From Opitutales bacterium (GTDB taxonomy: Bacteria > Verrucomicrobiota > Verrucomicrobiia > Opitutales > UBA9783): a stretch of 30,759 nt of DNA. Positions 1 to 11,929 of the stretch are shown here, piece by piece. The stretch is from assembly GCA_046881885.1 (NCBI GenBank), contig JBKSMP010000016.1, positions 1 to 30,759 of the forward strand. The letters are read 5' to 3'. A program made the position numbers and the translations under genes. The notes beneath the pieces are model-generated. The model had not been told where the DNA came from, ran no database searches, and saw nothing but the letters and a program-made list of their open reading frames with translations. Within the stretch, counting starts at the first letter, position 1. Each line of letters begins with the position of its first letter.

Positions 1-73
1 GGGCAATGATCGTGCCAAGATTAGGGATAAAGGGGGCAAAATTAAAAAAGTTATAGGGAAAAAATAAAGATGT

Positions 74-131
74 GAAAAAAATCAAAAAAGTAAAAAAGGA
101 TATTGACAGTGTTGAAAAAAGTATTTCTTAT
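74..131 (+). promoter_or_regulatory. Candidate rrn promoter: A-tract UP-like element (74-100), -35 TTGACA (103-108), 17-nt spacer, -10-like TCTTAT (126-131)
   Basis: Perfect TTGACA hexamer read at 103-108. It is preceded by AAAAAAATCAAAAAAGTAAAAAAGGA. A 4/6 match to TATAAT lies at 17-nt spacing. The site is about 235 nt upstream of mature 16S, upstream of the processing stem. Confidence 0.3.
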
Positions 132-190
132 GGTTTATAGATATTCGAATCAAGCGAGAGCGAGAGGAGGTATCTTGAGAGGTCATTGAA

Positions 191-209
191 ATAAGATTTA
201 GAAGTGAGG
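191..209 (+). other. 5' arm of the 16S precursor processing stem (pairs with 1945-1963)
   Basis: ATAAGATTTAGAAGTGAGG (191-209) pairs with CTTTACTTTTAAATCTTAT (1945-1963) over 19 consecutive bp: 16 Watson-Crick and 3 G-U. The arms bracket the 16S, as in RNase III processing helices. Confidence 0.75.
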
Positions 210-364
210 GAACCTGGGTGCTTGAGGTTTGATTGGTAATTGAAAGATTATTGAAGAAACAGCAAGTGCTAAGAAGAAAAAATTTAAGCTAGGAAGTAAG
301 AGAGAGTAACTTACTGATAAAGAGAGAAGAGCGAGGTACTCTGTACGGGTACGGGATGAGTATT

Positions 365-1894
<1,530 letters not shown>

Positions 1895-1944
1895 CTATGG
1901 AGGGAATCTGTAGCGGAAGCTATAGATAAGGTCGAACGGGGATA

Positions 1945-1963
1945 CTTTACTTTTAAATCTTAT
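1945..1963 (+). other. 3' arm of the 16S precursor processing stem (pairs with 191-209)
   Basis: See 191-209. Complementarity was checked base by base. Confidence 0.75.
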
Positions 1964-1974
1964 GGAAGCTCTAA

Positions 1975-2051
1975 GGGCTCATAGCTCAGCTGGTTAGAGC
2001 ACGCGCTTGATAAGCGCGGGGTCGATGGTTCAAGTCCATCTGGGCCCACCA
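1975..2051 (+). tRNA. tRNA-Ile (anticodon GAU) in the 16S-23S spacer, CCA encoded
   Basis: Cloverleaf read by hand. Acceptor GGGCTCA/TGGGCCC has one G-U pair. D arm is GCTC..GAGC. Anticodon stem is CGCGC/GCGCG with loop TTGATAA. T arm is GATGG TTCAAGT CCATC. Discriminator A is followed by CCA. Confidence 0.95.
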
Positions 2052-2079
2052 GTTGTGGTGAGGATTTATAGATCTTTGA

Positions 2080-2097
2080 CAGACGAAAGAATATTGT
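2080..2097 (+). other. 5' arm of the 23S precursor processing stem (pairs with 5090-5107)
   Basis: CAGACGAAAGAATATTGT (2080-2097) pairs with ATGATATTCTTTTGTTTG (5090-5107) over 18 bp, including G-U pairs. The arms bracket the 23S. Confidence 0.7.
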
Positions 2098-2132
2098 GGA
2101 AAACTACAATAGAAGCGTAAGAAGAATACTGA

Positions 2133-5055
<2,923 letters not shown>

Positions 5056-5089
5056 TAAGAAGTTAGGAGTTTTTATTGGAGTGGAGTAG

Positions 5090-5107
5090 ATGATATTCTT
5101 TTGTTTG
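5090..5107 (+). other. 3' arm of the 23S precursor processing stem (pairs with 2080-2097)
   Basis: See 2080-2097. Confidence 0.7.
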
Positions 5108-5145
5108 TTGGAGTGATATAAAGAGGTAGAGTATTTGAGAATTTA

Positions 5146-5264
5146 TGCCTGGTGAGGATAAGCTTAGGGGAAACACACGTTACCATTCCGAACACGCTCG
5201 TTAAGCCCTTTGCTGCCGATGGTACTGACGGGTAATCCGTCGGGAGAGTAGGTCTCGCCAGGTT
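5146..5264 (+). rRNA. rrf: 5S ribosomal RNA
   Basis: TGCCTGGTGA...CCGAACAC...GCCGATGGTACTG...GGGAGAGTAGGTCTCGCCAGGT aligns with the E. coli 5S pattern. The terminal helix is TGCCTGG/CCAGGT. A T-rich run (TTCTTTTTGTTTT) follows. Confidence 0.93.
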
Positions 5265-5365
5265 CTTTTTGTTTTGGACTAGGTATCTTCTATAAATGTC
5301 TTCCACACTGCCCCCCTCGTTTTATCTCCCTTCTTGCTTGACCTCGACTCCCTTTTGGGTGAGTA

Positions 5366-7606
5366 TTAATGACTAAAGTTAGTATTAAGGCGATCTTTAA
5401 GGGTTGTTTGACGAATAGTGCTATCAAGGGTACGAACAGCGATGGAATAAGCGCGTGGATCTCCGACGATAAAGACTTTTTTACGACCTCGAGTGATTGC
5501 TGTATAAAGTAAATTGCGTTTGAGCATGACGAAGTGCTGTGTAAATAAAGGAACAACAACAATAGGAAATTCACTTCCTTGGGATTTATGGATGCTGATT
5601 GCGTAAGCGAGTTTTAAATCTAGACAATCCGACCGTTCTAAAAGATGTTCTTCCGTATCAAAGCGTACATTTAACACCTCTTCATCGAGATCGACATCTT
5701 GGATAATTCCCAAATCCCCGTTAAAAATATTTGTATTATAATTATTTCTTAATTGGATGACTTTGTCGCCGGCGCAGAAATTTTGAGCGCCAATTTGCAA
5801 TTTTCGACGATTTAGCCCGGCTGTTTCTTGAAAACAGGTATTAATTTGCTCGATACCGATAAGTCCGCGATGCATTGGTGCCAGAATTTGAATATCTCGA
5901 ATGGGATCAACGGAATACCATTGTGGGATTTTACGCCAGCATAAATCCTGCAAAACATTCATACAGTCTTTAGGATCTGCGACTTGAATAAAATGAAAAT
6001 CTTCTGCTAGATCGATAGGTGCATTTGGTAATACGATTGGACATTCTAAAGAACGTTTTCCGGCAAGAATATTGTGTGCAGCAGCTACAATCGAACTGCG
6101 TTTGCTTTGGCGGAAGATGTCACTCAAATATTCCACATGAAAGTAGGGACTTTGTATAAAATCGTTAAGAACGCTACCTGGACCTACCGATGGAAGCTGA
6201 TAAATATCGCCAACAAATAGAACGTGTGCGTGGCTAGGCAAAGCTCGTAGTAGTGCATGTGTAAGAGCCACATCCAGCATACTCGATTCATCTAAAATTA
6301 GGTAATCTACAGGTAATAAATTATCTTCATCGTAAGTAAAACGGCCAATCGAAGGTTCAAATTTAAGGGTTCGATGAACCGTACGTGCCGTTAAGCCTGT
6401 TGCTTCAGACATTCTTTGCGCTGCACGACCTGTAGGTGCGGCCAAACATAAACGCACTTTTTTGGCCGAAAGTACGCCTACTAAAGCTTTTAATAAAGTT
6501 GTTTTACCGGTTCCGGGACCACCTGTTAATACCGATAATTTGGATCCTAAAATCGCGCGTAAAGCGTTTTTTTGTGTATCAGACCATTGAATGTTTAGTT
6601 TTTCTTCACTCCATTTTAGAGCTTGATCGATTTGAATGGAAGGCAAATGTGAAGGCGCACAATACAGACGTTGGATATGATCCGCAATGCCGGCTTCATA
6701 GAAAAACATTTTTTTACGCTGCAATAAGCCTGTTTTGGGATACAAAGATAAGGTACCATTTTCACTTAATAGCTTTACGCGATTGGCAATAAGATCTTGC
6801 GGTAGATTTAATAATTCTGCTGTATTTCTGACGAGGTTGTCTATAAAACCTCCTGTATGTCCTTCGCCCTCTAATTCCGATAAAATGTATTCGATTCCGG
6901 CGTCAATACGGAAATCACTGTCGTTTTTAAAACCTAAATTTAAAGCAATTTTATCAGCGGATTTAAACCCAATCCCGTCAATTGTTTTTACAATAATATA
7001 AGGGTTTTCCGTAATAACGCGTTGGGTTGCTTCCCCGTAATGCTGATAGAGACGTAAGCATTGTGTATTGGTAAAGCCATAAATCTGCAAAAAAATCATG
7101 GCGTCACGAATGCTTCGTTGTTCATCCCATGCCTTTTTAATCTTTTTGGCGCGTTTAGTCCCAATACCCGGCACATCCATTAAGCGTGCGTAAGAACCAT
7201 TTAAAACAGAAAACGTCTCTGTGCCGAAAAATTCGACAATTTTGTTAGCATATTCTTTTCCTATTCCATGGATGAGACCGCTGCTTAAATACTGACGAAT
7301 TCCGTGTACATCAGAAGGTAATGTGGATTCGAAATGTACGCATTGAAACTGGCGTCCATATTGATTATGTTCGGTCCAATTTCCTTTGACGACTAAGGTT
7401 TCTCCGCATTGTACGCCAGGGAAACAGCCTGTAATGGTAACGGTTCCTTGATGACGATTTAGATCCAATAAGCAAACTGAATAGCCGTTTTCCTTGTTGG
7501 CGAAAATAACACGCTTCAAAACACCTTTTAAGGTAACATAACCATCCGCAGCCTCACTATTAGGAGCGTTTCCGAAGAGCAAGGACTGCTGATTATTGGC
7601 CTCCAC
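5366..7606 (-). CDS. recD2: RecD2-type (RecD-like) SF1B DNA helicase, 746 aa
   Basis: Walker A GGPGTGKTT and Walker B LILDESSM are present. A helix-hairpin-helix-like segment (MDVPGIGTKRAKKI) lies in the N-terminal part. The C-terminal AISIHKSQGSEF..TAITRGRK motifs are typical of RecD/TraA helicases. The GTG start directly abuts the stop of the upstream gene (TAA GTG). Confidence 0.88.
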   Translation of the reverse strand: MEANNQQSLLFGNAPNSEAADGYVTLKGVLKRVIFANKENGYSVCLLDLNRHQGTVTITGCFPGVQCGETLVVKGNWTEHNQYGRQFQCVHFESTLPSDVHGIRQYLSSGLIHGIGKEYANKIVEFFGTETFSVLNGSYARLMDVPGIGTKRAKKIKKAWDEQRSIRDAMIFLQIYGFTNTQCLRLYQHYGEATQRVITENPYIIVKTIDGIGFKSADKIALNLGFKNDSDFRIDAGIEYILSELEGEGHTGGFIDNLVRNTAELLNLPQDLIANRVKLLSENGTLSLYPKTGLLQRKKMFFYEAGIADHIQRLYCAPSHLPSIQIDQALKWSEEKLNIQWSDTQKNALRAILGSKLSVLTGGPGTGKTTLLKALVGVLSAKKVRLCLAAPTGRAAQRMSEATGLTARTVHRTLKFEPSIGRFTYDEDNLLPVDYLILDESSMLDVALTHALLRALPSHAHVLFVGDIYQLPSVGPGSVLNDFIQSPYFHVEYLSDIFRQSKRSSIVAAAHNILAGKRSLECPIVLPNAPIDLAEDFHFIQVADPKDCMNVLQDLCWRKIPQWYSVDPIRDIQILAPMHRGLIGIEQINTCFQETAGLNRRKLQIGAQNFCAGDKVIQLRNNYNTNIFNGDLGIIQDVDLDEEVLNVRFDTEEHLLERSDCLDLKLAYAISIHKSQGSEFPIVVVPLFTQHFVMLKRNLLYTAITRGRKKVFIVGDPRAYSIAVRTLDSTIRQTTLKDRLNTNFSH

Positions 7607-9460
7607 TTAGGCTTTCCAGCGTTTAATCGCCTCGATTGAAAGTACTTGGCCAGATGGTAAAGCAACCGAATCCCCTACCTTTTTACCCAACATCTCGCTT
7701 GCTAATGGTGTTTTGTAGGAAAGGATATTTTTCTTTGGATCGCCATCCCAAGCGCCTAAAATGGTATAAATAGACGTTTTACCTTTAGCGTCTTTCAAGG
7801 AAACTTCGGTACCAATATTCACGCTATCGGTTGAAACTTCTTCAAAATTGATGACTTGAGCGCGATTTAATTCCTTCTCAAGCATGGATTTGCGAGCCAT
7901 CAAAACGGTTTGGTCTTGGCGGGCCATCTTGTACTCTGAGTTTTCGCTTAAGTCACCCAATTCGCGTGCTGCAGCAATGGCGGCCTTGTTTGCAGGAATC
8001 TTTTCATTAATGAGCGTTAAATACTCTTGCTTCATCAACTCTAAGCTTTCCTTGGAAACGAGCAGACGTTCTTCTTGTACATTTTCCTTGTTTTCAGTTA
8101 GACGCTGCAATTCTGGAAATACGCGAATGAATCGTGCCATTAAAGAACGTTTCTTTAAGGTATCGAAACCTTGATTTAGGAGTAAGTTACGTGCTAAATC
8201 TTGGGCGAGATCCATATCCGCGTTTTTCAATAAATCCGCAATTAATTGTTGATCTTCATTGACGGCTTCCACTAAAGGAATACGACGTCCTGGAGTTACA
8301 TTGAGGGCATCGCTATCAATTGCTTGGAAAATACAGCTAAGTAAGCGAACACCAGTAATGTCGGATAATAGATTCTCGTAACGTGGCAATGCGCGATGTT
8401 TGATAATCCAAATAAGTACGGAGCTTTTCAAGGATTGCTCTTGTAGCCACTTGTTGAGTGTCTTTTTCAATAAAACTTCGCAATCGCGATCTAATAAGAA
8501 GTTGATACACTCGGAAGTTAGACGTGCATTTCCGTATTTAAGCAAATTTAAAATAATATGCTGCCACTCGGTATCATCCATGTAAGTACGTGTTAATAGA
8601 TCTAAGAAGCGTGGATAATAGGCATGCGGCAATTGTGCAACTAACTCTGATAAATTCTCTGTTTCGCGAATAATGGATTGCGAAGTTGGTTCTAATTCTT
8701 CTACTGATTCGTGTAAATACCGTGCTAGATTATTACGTACCCAGCAACCCTCCAAACGTTGTGCTTGTGTGAGCAATTTAGCATGTTGAATGGCACGAGT
8801 TAATTCGTCTAAAACTTGTGGCAAGTCGTTCCGAATGACATCGATACTATCTGCCAACTGATAAAGTTTTGCGCCCAATTCAATCTTTTCTAACGGACGT
8901 TTGGTTAAATAAAATTCTTCTAAAATTTCTTGTTCAGGTAAAATAGGCTCTTCACGCAATACATAAGCGTCTGTTTTACGCTTTGGAGTCCCAATACGTG
9001 GATCTTTTACCAATAACTTCTGTAACCCGGTCCACCAACGCTTAAATTGAGCAGCATTCAAATGCTTAGATAAAACCTGTGTTAGAACATGTTCCAATTC
9101 TAAAGGTTTTGCGGATTGCTCGGGCATTCTCTTTAAAACCTCCACAACAAGTTCGCACGGTTGTTCCTTTTGCATTTGCTTGATTTTTTCAGGATTTTTA
9201 CGTGCTTCAACCAAGATATGATCTGCAGGAATAATAGTAACTTTTTGTACGCAAAAAACAGGATCCATGGATCGAGTTTCTTCTTGCGACTCAAAATCGA
9301 TCAAAATGCGATGATTAGCTTCGTCGTACCCTTTGATGCAACCGACCCCCCAACTTTGATGCCAGCAGTAAGTTCCCGCTTCTAATGCCTCAAAAGCTTC
9401 ACGCTTACCTTTTAATTGTGGATTCTGTTTTAGAATTAAATCAATTGCTTCCTTATTCAT
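7607..9460 (-). CDS. Long GreA-family transcript-cleavage factor, 617 aa. The C-terminal ~155 aa form the GreA module, preceded by a ~460-aa N-terminal extension.
   Basis: The C terminus has a GreA coiled coil with the acidic tip GDLSENSEYKMARQDQ. It is followed by the GreA C-terminal domain pattern (VNIGTEVSLKD...YTILG...ISYKTPLASEMLGKKVGDSV). The N terminus has a CarD/TRCF-RID-like stretch (GTYCWHQSWGVGCIKGYDE). The CarD similarity is my inference. Confidence 0.8.
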   Translation of the reverse strand: MNKEAIDLILKQNPQLKGKREAFEALEAGTYCWHQSWGVGCIKGYDEANHRILIDFESQEETRSMDPVFCVQKVTIIPADHILVEARKNPEKIKQMQKEQPCELVVEVLKRMPEQSAKPLELEHVLTQVLSKHLNAAQFKRWWTGLQKLLVKDPRIGTPKRKTDAYVLREEPILPEQEILEEFYLTKRPLEKIELGAKLYQLADSIDVIRNDLPQVLDELTRAIQHAKLLTQAQRLEGCWVRNNLARYLHESVEELEPTSQSIIRETENLSELVAQLPHAYYPRFLDLLTRTYMDDTEWQHIILNLLKYGNARLTSECINFLLDRDCEVLLKKTLNKWLQEQSLKSSVLIWIIKHRALPRYENLLSDITGVRLLSCIFQAIDSDALNVTPGRRIPLVEAVNEDQQLIADLLKNADMDLAQDLARNLLLNQGFDTLKKRSLMARFIRVFPELQRLTENKENVQEERLLVSKESLELMKQEYLTLINEKIPANKAAIAAARELGDLSENSEYKMARQDQTVLMARKSMLEKELNRAQVINFEEVSTDSVNIGTEVSLKDAKGKTSIYTILGAWDGDPKKNILSYKTPLASEMLGKKVGDSVALPSGQVLSIEAIKRWKA

Positions 9461-9574
9461 GATCTATAAAAGTAAGTTATGCACTTTCAAAATAAAAATC
9501 AAGCCTTTTAAAAAAAGATTGCAAACGCTAGCTTTTAAGTCGGTTAATATGGCCCTTTTTTAGATTTAAATATA

Positions 9575-11791
9575 TCAATCTACTTGAATACGATCAGGTG
9601 GAGCAATTGAAACACCTTCAAGGATGGTTGTAATACCTTCTTTTACCTTAAGCATAGCATCTTGGTGCAGTGTTAACATACCATTTCTTACAGCACATTC
9701 TTTTATTTTTTCGGTGCCTAAATTGTTGTTGATAGCATGGGTAATTTCGGCATTATTTACCATCAATTCATGAATACCAATACGTCCACGCATACCGCTT
9801 CCACCGCAGAACGGACAACCTTTTGGGTTCATTTTCTTGATTTCACCGGACCATTGAATCGCATTTTCTAGGATACGTTTTTCAGTATCATCAGGTAAGC
9901 CTGTTTCGCAGCATTTGGAACAAACACGGCGAATTAATCGCTGTGCACAAACGACCAATAAGGATGCGGAAATCATGAAAGGATCGATGCCCATATCTGT
10001 AAAACGTGCAATGGTTGAAGGTGCGTCATTTGTATGCAAAGTACTCAACAGCAAGTGACCTGTTAAAGCTGCTTCAATAGCTATTTCGGCGGTTTCCAGA
10101 TCTCGAATCTCCCCTACCAGAATAACATCTGGGTCCATACGTAAGAAAGAACGTAGAGCCGTTGCAAAACTTAAACCAATGGCCTTATGGGTCTGCATTT
10201 GATTTACACCAGCAAGCGTATACTCGATTGGATCTTCTGCAGTCTGAACATTGATTTCTGGACTTACAATTTCTTTCAAGGCTGAAAACAATGTCATAGA
10301 TTTTCCAGAACCGGTGGGTCCACAGTGCAAAATCATTCCATACGGTCGTTGAATACAATCGCGATAGGTTGCTAAATTTTTGTCAGAAAATCCAAGTGCA
10401 GTAATGGGAAGTGCAGACTTACGTTTATCCAAAATACGCATAACGATTTTTTCCCCAAAAAGAGACGGACAAGTCGCTACACGCAAGTCGATATTAAGCT
10501 TTTTAGCTGTGTATTTGGCAAAATCAATACGACCATCCTGAGGCAAACGTTTTTGGGCAATATCCAGATCGCACATAATTTTCACGCGAGCAACAACGGC
10601 TGCAGAAGATTTTAACGGTAGATTTAATTTTTCTACGCAAATACCGTCGATACGATAACGAACAATAAGTCCACGCTCTTGAGGCTCTATATGAATATCA
10701 CTGGCACCTGAAAAATAAGCATCTTCGATGATTTGATTGACCAATTTTACAATAGGTGCACTCGCCTCACTTTCGGCTTTAAGTTGTTCGATGTCAAGAT
10801 CTGACGCAGCTTCTAGGTCGCTATATTCATCTTTTAATTGATTGGTTAATTCTTGAATATTAGCACTAGATTCAAAAACATCTTGTGCGGCTTCTCCAGA
10901 ATCAGGGAAATTATATTTAATTAAACGATCAAAAAGGGATGAAGGAACAACAATAACTTCATCAATCGTAAATTGCGTTTTTAAAGTAAACGATTCTCGA
11001 CTTTGATAATCAAGAGGATTTTTCATCAAAACCCCTACGCACTGATCATCAATCCGTTTGTAAGGGAATATGCCTAGTTTTAATAAGGTTTCTCCTGAAA
11101 AGCTGGATACGAAGCGCTGATCGATTTCGATTTCTTCTTCTTTCGTGACTAAAGGCGTTTCGGTAAAATTCGAAATATAACGTGCCGTATCCAACTCGTT
11201 AATTTCATAACTAGGATCCAAAATACGCAGTAAAAGCGCCGACGTATATTCCGCAACTTCTTGCAAACAAACAAGGTCATCACGGTCTAAAAACTGTTTG
11301 GACGCATTCGGCTCTTTATTTAAAATTTGAATGGCACCAATAACACGTTGATCTTTTAGTGGTACCGTCAGCATTGAAGAAATTTCGAAGTCTGTATTTT
11401 TACTTAAAGTATACAGTTCATCGCCATTTTCAACTTTATTGAAAATATTGGATTCACCGGTTTGTATAACTTTTCCGACAAGACCTGTACCTAAAGGAAT
11501 TCTTAACTGAAGCAATTGTTCACGTTTTTCGTTAAAGCGCGCTTCCAGACCTGGATTTTCCGCCCATAATGAAGGTGAATAATACACATATTTAAAGGCG
11601 ATTTGCTCGTTTTCAATCAGATAAAGCGTAATACTTTGCGCCTCCAAATCATCAATAATTTTGGTTGCCGTTAATTCAATGATAGAATCTAAATCTTCTT
11701 TTGTCGGCGTTGATTTCGAAAGAATCTTTAACAATAAAGATCGCTTCAACGTCTTCGATAATGTTGTCTTTTGTGCTGCCCCAGTTGCCAT
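9575..11791 (-). CDS. GspE/PilB-family secretion/pilus-assembly ATPase with an N-terminal GAF-like domain, 738 aa
   Basis: Walker [10 protein letters not shown]. Asp/His box pattern ([18 protein letters not shown]). Tetracysteine CSKC...CPFC typical of GspE/PilB. A T2SSE_N-like segment ([17 protein letters not shown]). N-terminal residues ~45-160 show a GAF-like pattern (ITLYLIE...[12 protein letters not shown]...[21 protein letters not shown]). Confidence 0.88.
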   Translation of the reverse strand: MATGAAQKTTLSKTLKRSLLLKILSKSTPTKEDLDSIIELTATKIIDDLEAQSITLYLIENEQIAFKYVYYSPSLWAENPGLEARFNEKREQLLQLRIPLGTGLVGKVIQTGESNIFNKVENGDELYTLSKNTDFEISSMLTVPLKDQRVIGAIQILNKEPNASKQFLDRDDLVCLQEVAEYTSALLLRILDPSYEINELDTARYISNFTETPLVTKEEEIEIDQRFVSSFSGETLLKLGIFPYKRIDDQCVGVLMKNPLDYQSRESFTLKTQFTIDEVIVVPSSLFDRLIKYNFPDSGEAAQDVFESSANIQELTNQLKDEYSDLEAASDLDIEQLKAESEASAPIVKLVNQIIEDAYFSGASDIHIEPQERGLIVRYRIDGICVEKLNLPLKSSAAVVARVKIMCDLDIAQKRLPQDGRIDFAKYTAKKLNIDLRVATCPSLFGEKIVMRILDKRKSALPITALGFSDKNLATYRDCIQRPYGMILHCGPTGSGKSMTLFSALKEIVSPEINVQTAEDPIEYTLAGVNQMQTHKAIGLSFATALRSFLRMDPDVILVGEIRDLETAEIAIEAALTGHLLLSTLHTNDAPSTIARFTDMGIDPFMISASLLVVCAQRLIRRVCSKCCETGLPDDTEKRILENAIQWSGEIKKMNPKGCPFCGGSGMRGRIGIHELMVNNAEITHAINNNLGTEKIKECAVRNGMLTLHQDAMLKVKEGITTILEGVSIAPPDRIQVD

Positions 11792-11929
11792 AAGTAATTA
11801 TTTATTTTAAAAATAAAGCGATGCAGGTGCAAGCTTTTTTTCAAAAACGCGTTTGGTTTTATAAGAAATTTGTAAGTTAGATGTATCGTTCATAAGACGG
11901 TGTTAGAGTTTTATGGGGTAATAATGTTT

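Noticed and set aside
2052-2132. Expected tRNA-Ala after tRNA-Ile in the 16S-23S spacer
   Set aside because: There is no acceptor or T-arm pattern in these 81 nt. Part of the stretch forms the 23S processing stem instead.
5290-5574. 94-aa minus-strand ORF overlapping the recD2 3' end and the 5S flank
   Set aside because: It is out of frame with, and mostly contained in, the well-supported recD2 CDS. It has a low-complexity hydrophobic translation and no start context.
6436-9385. Plus-strand ORFs of 61-118 aa inside recD2 and the GreA-family gene
   Set aside because: They are antisense to long, motif-supported CDSs. Their translations look random and they have no start signals.
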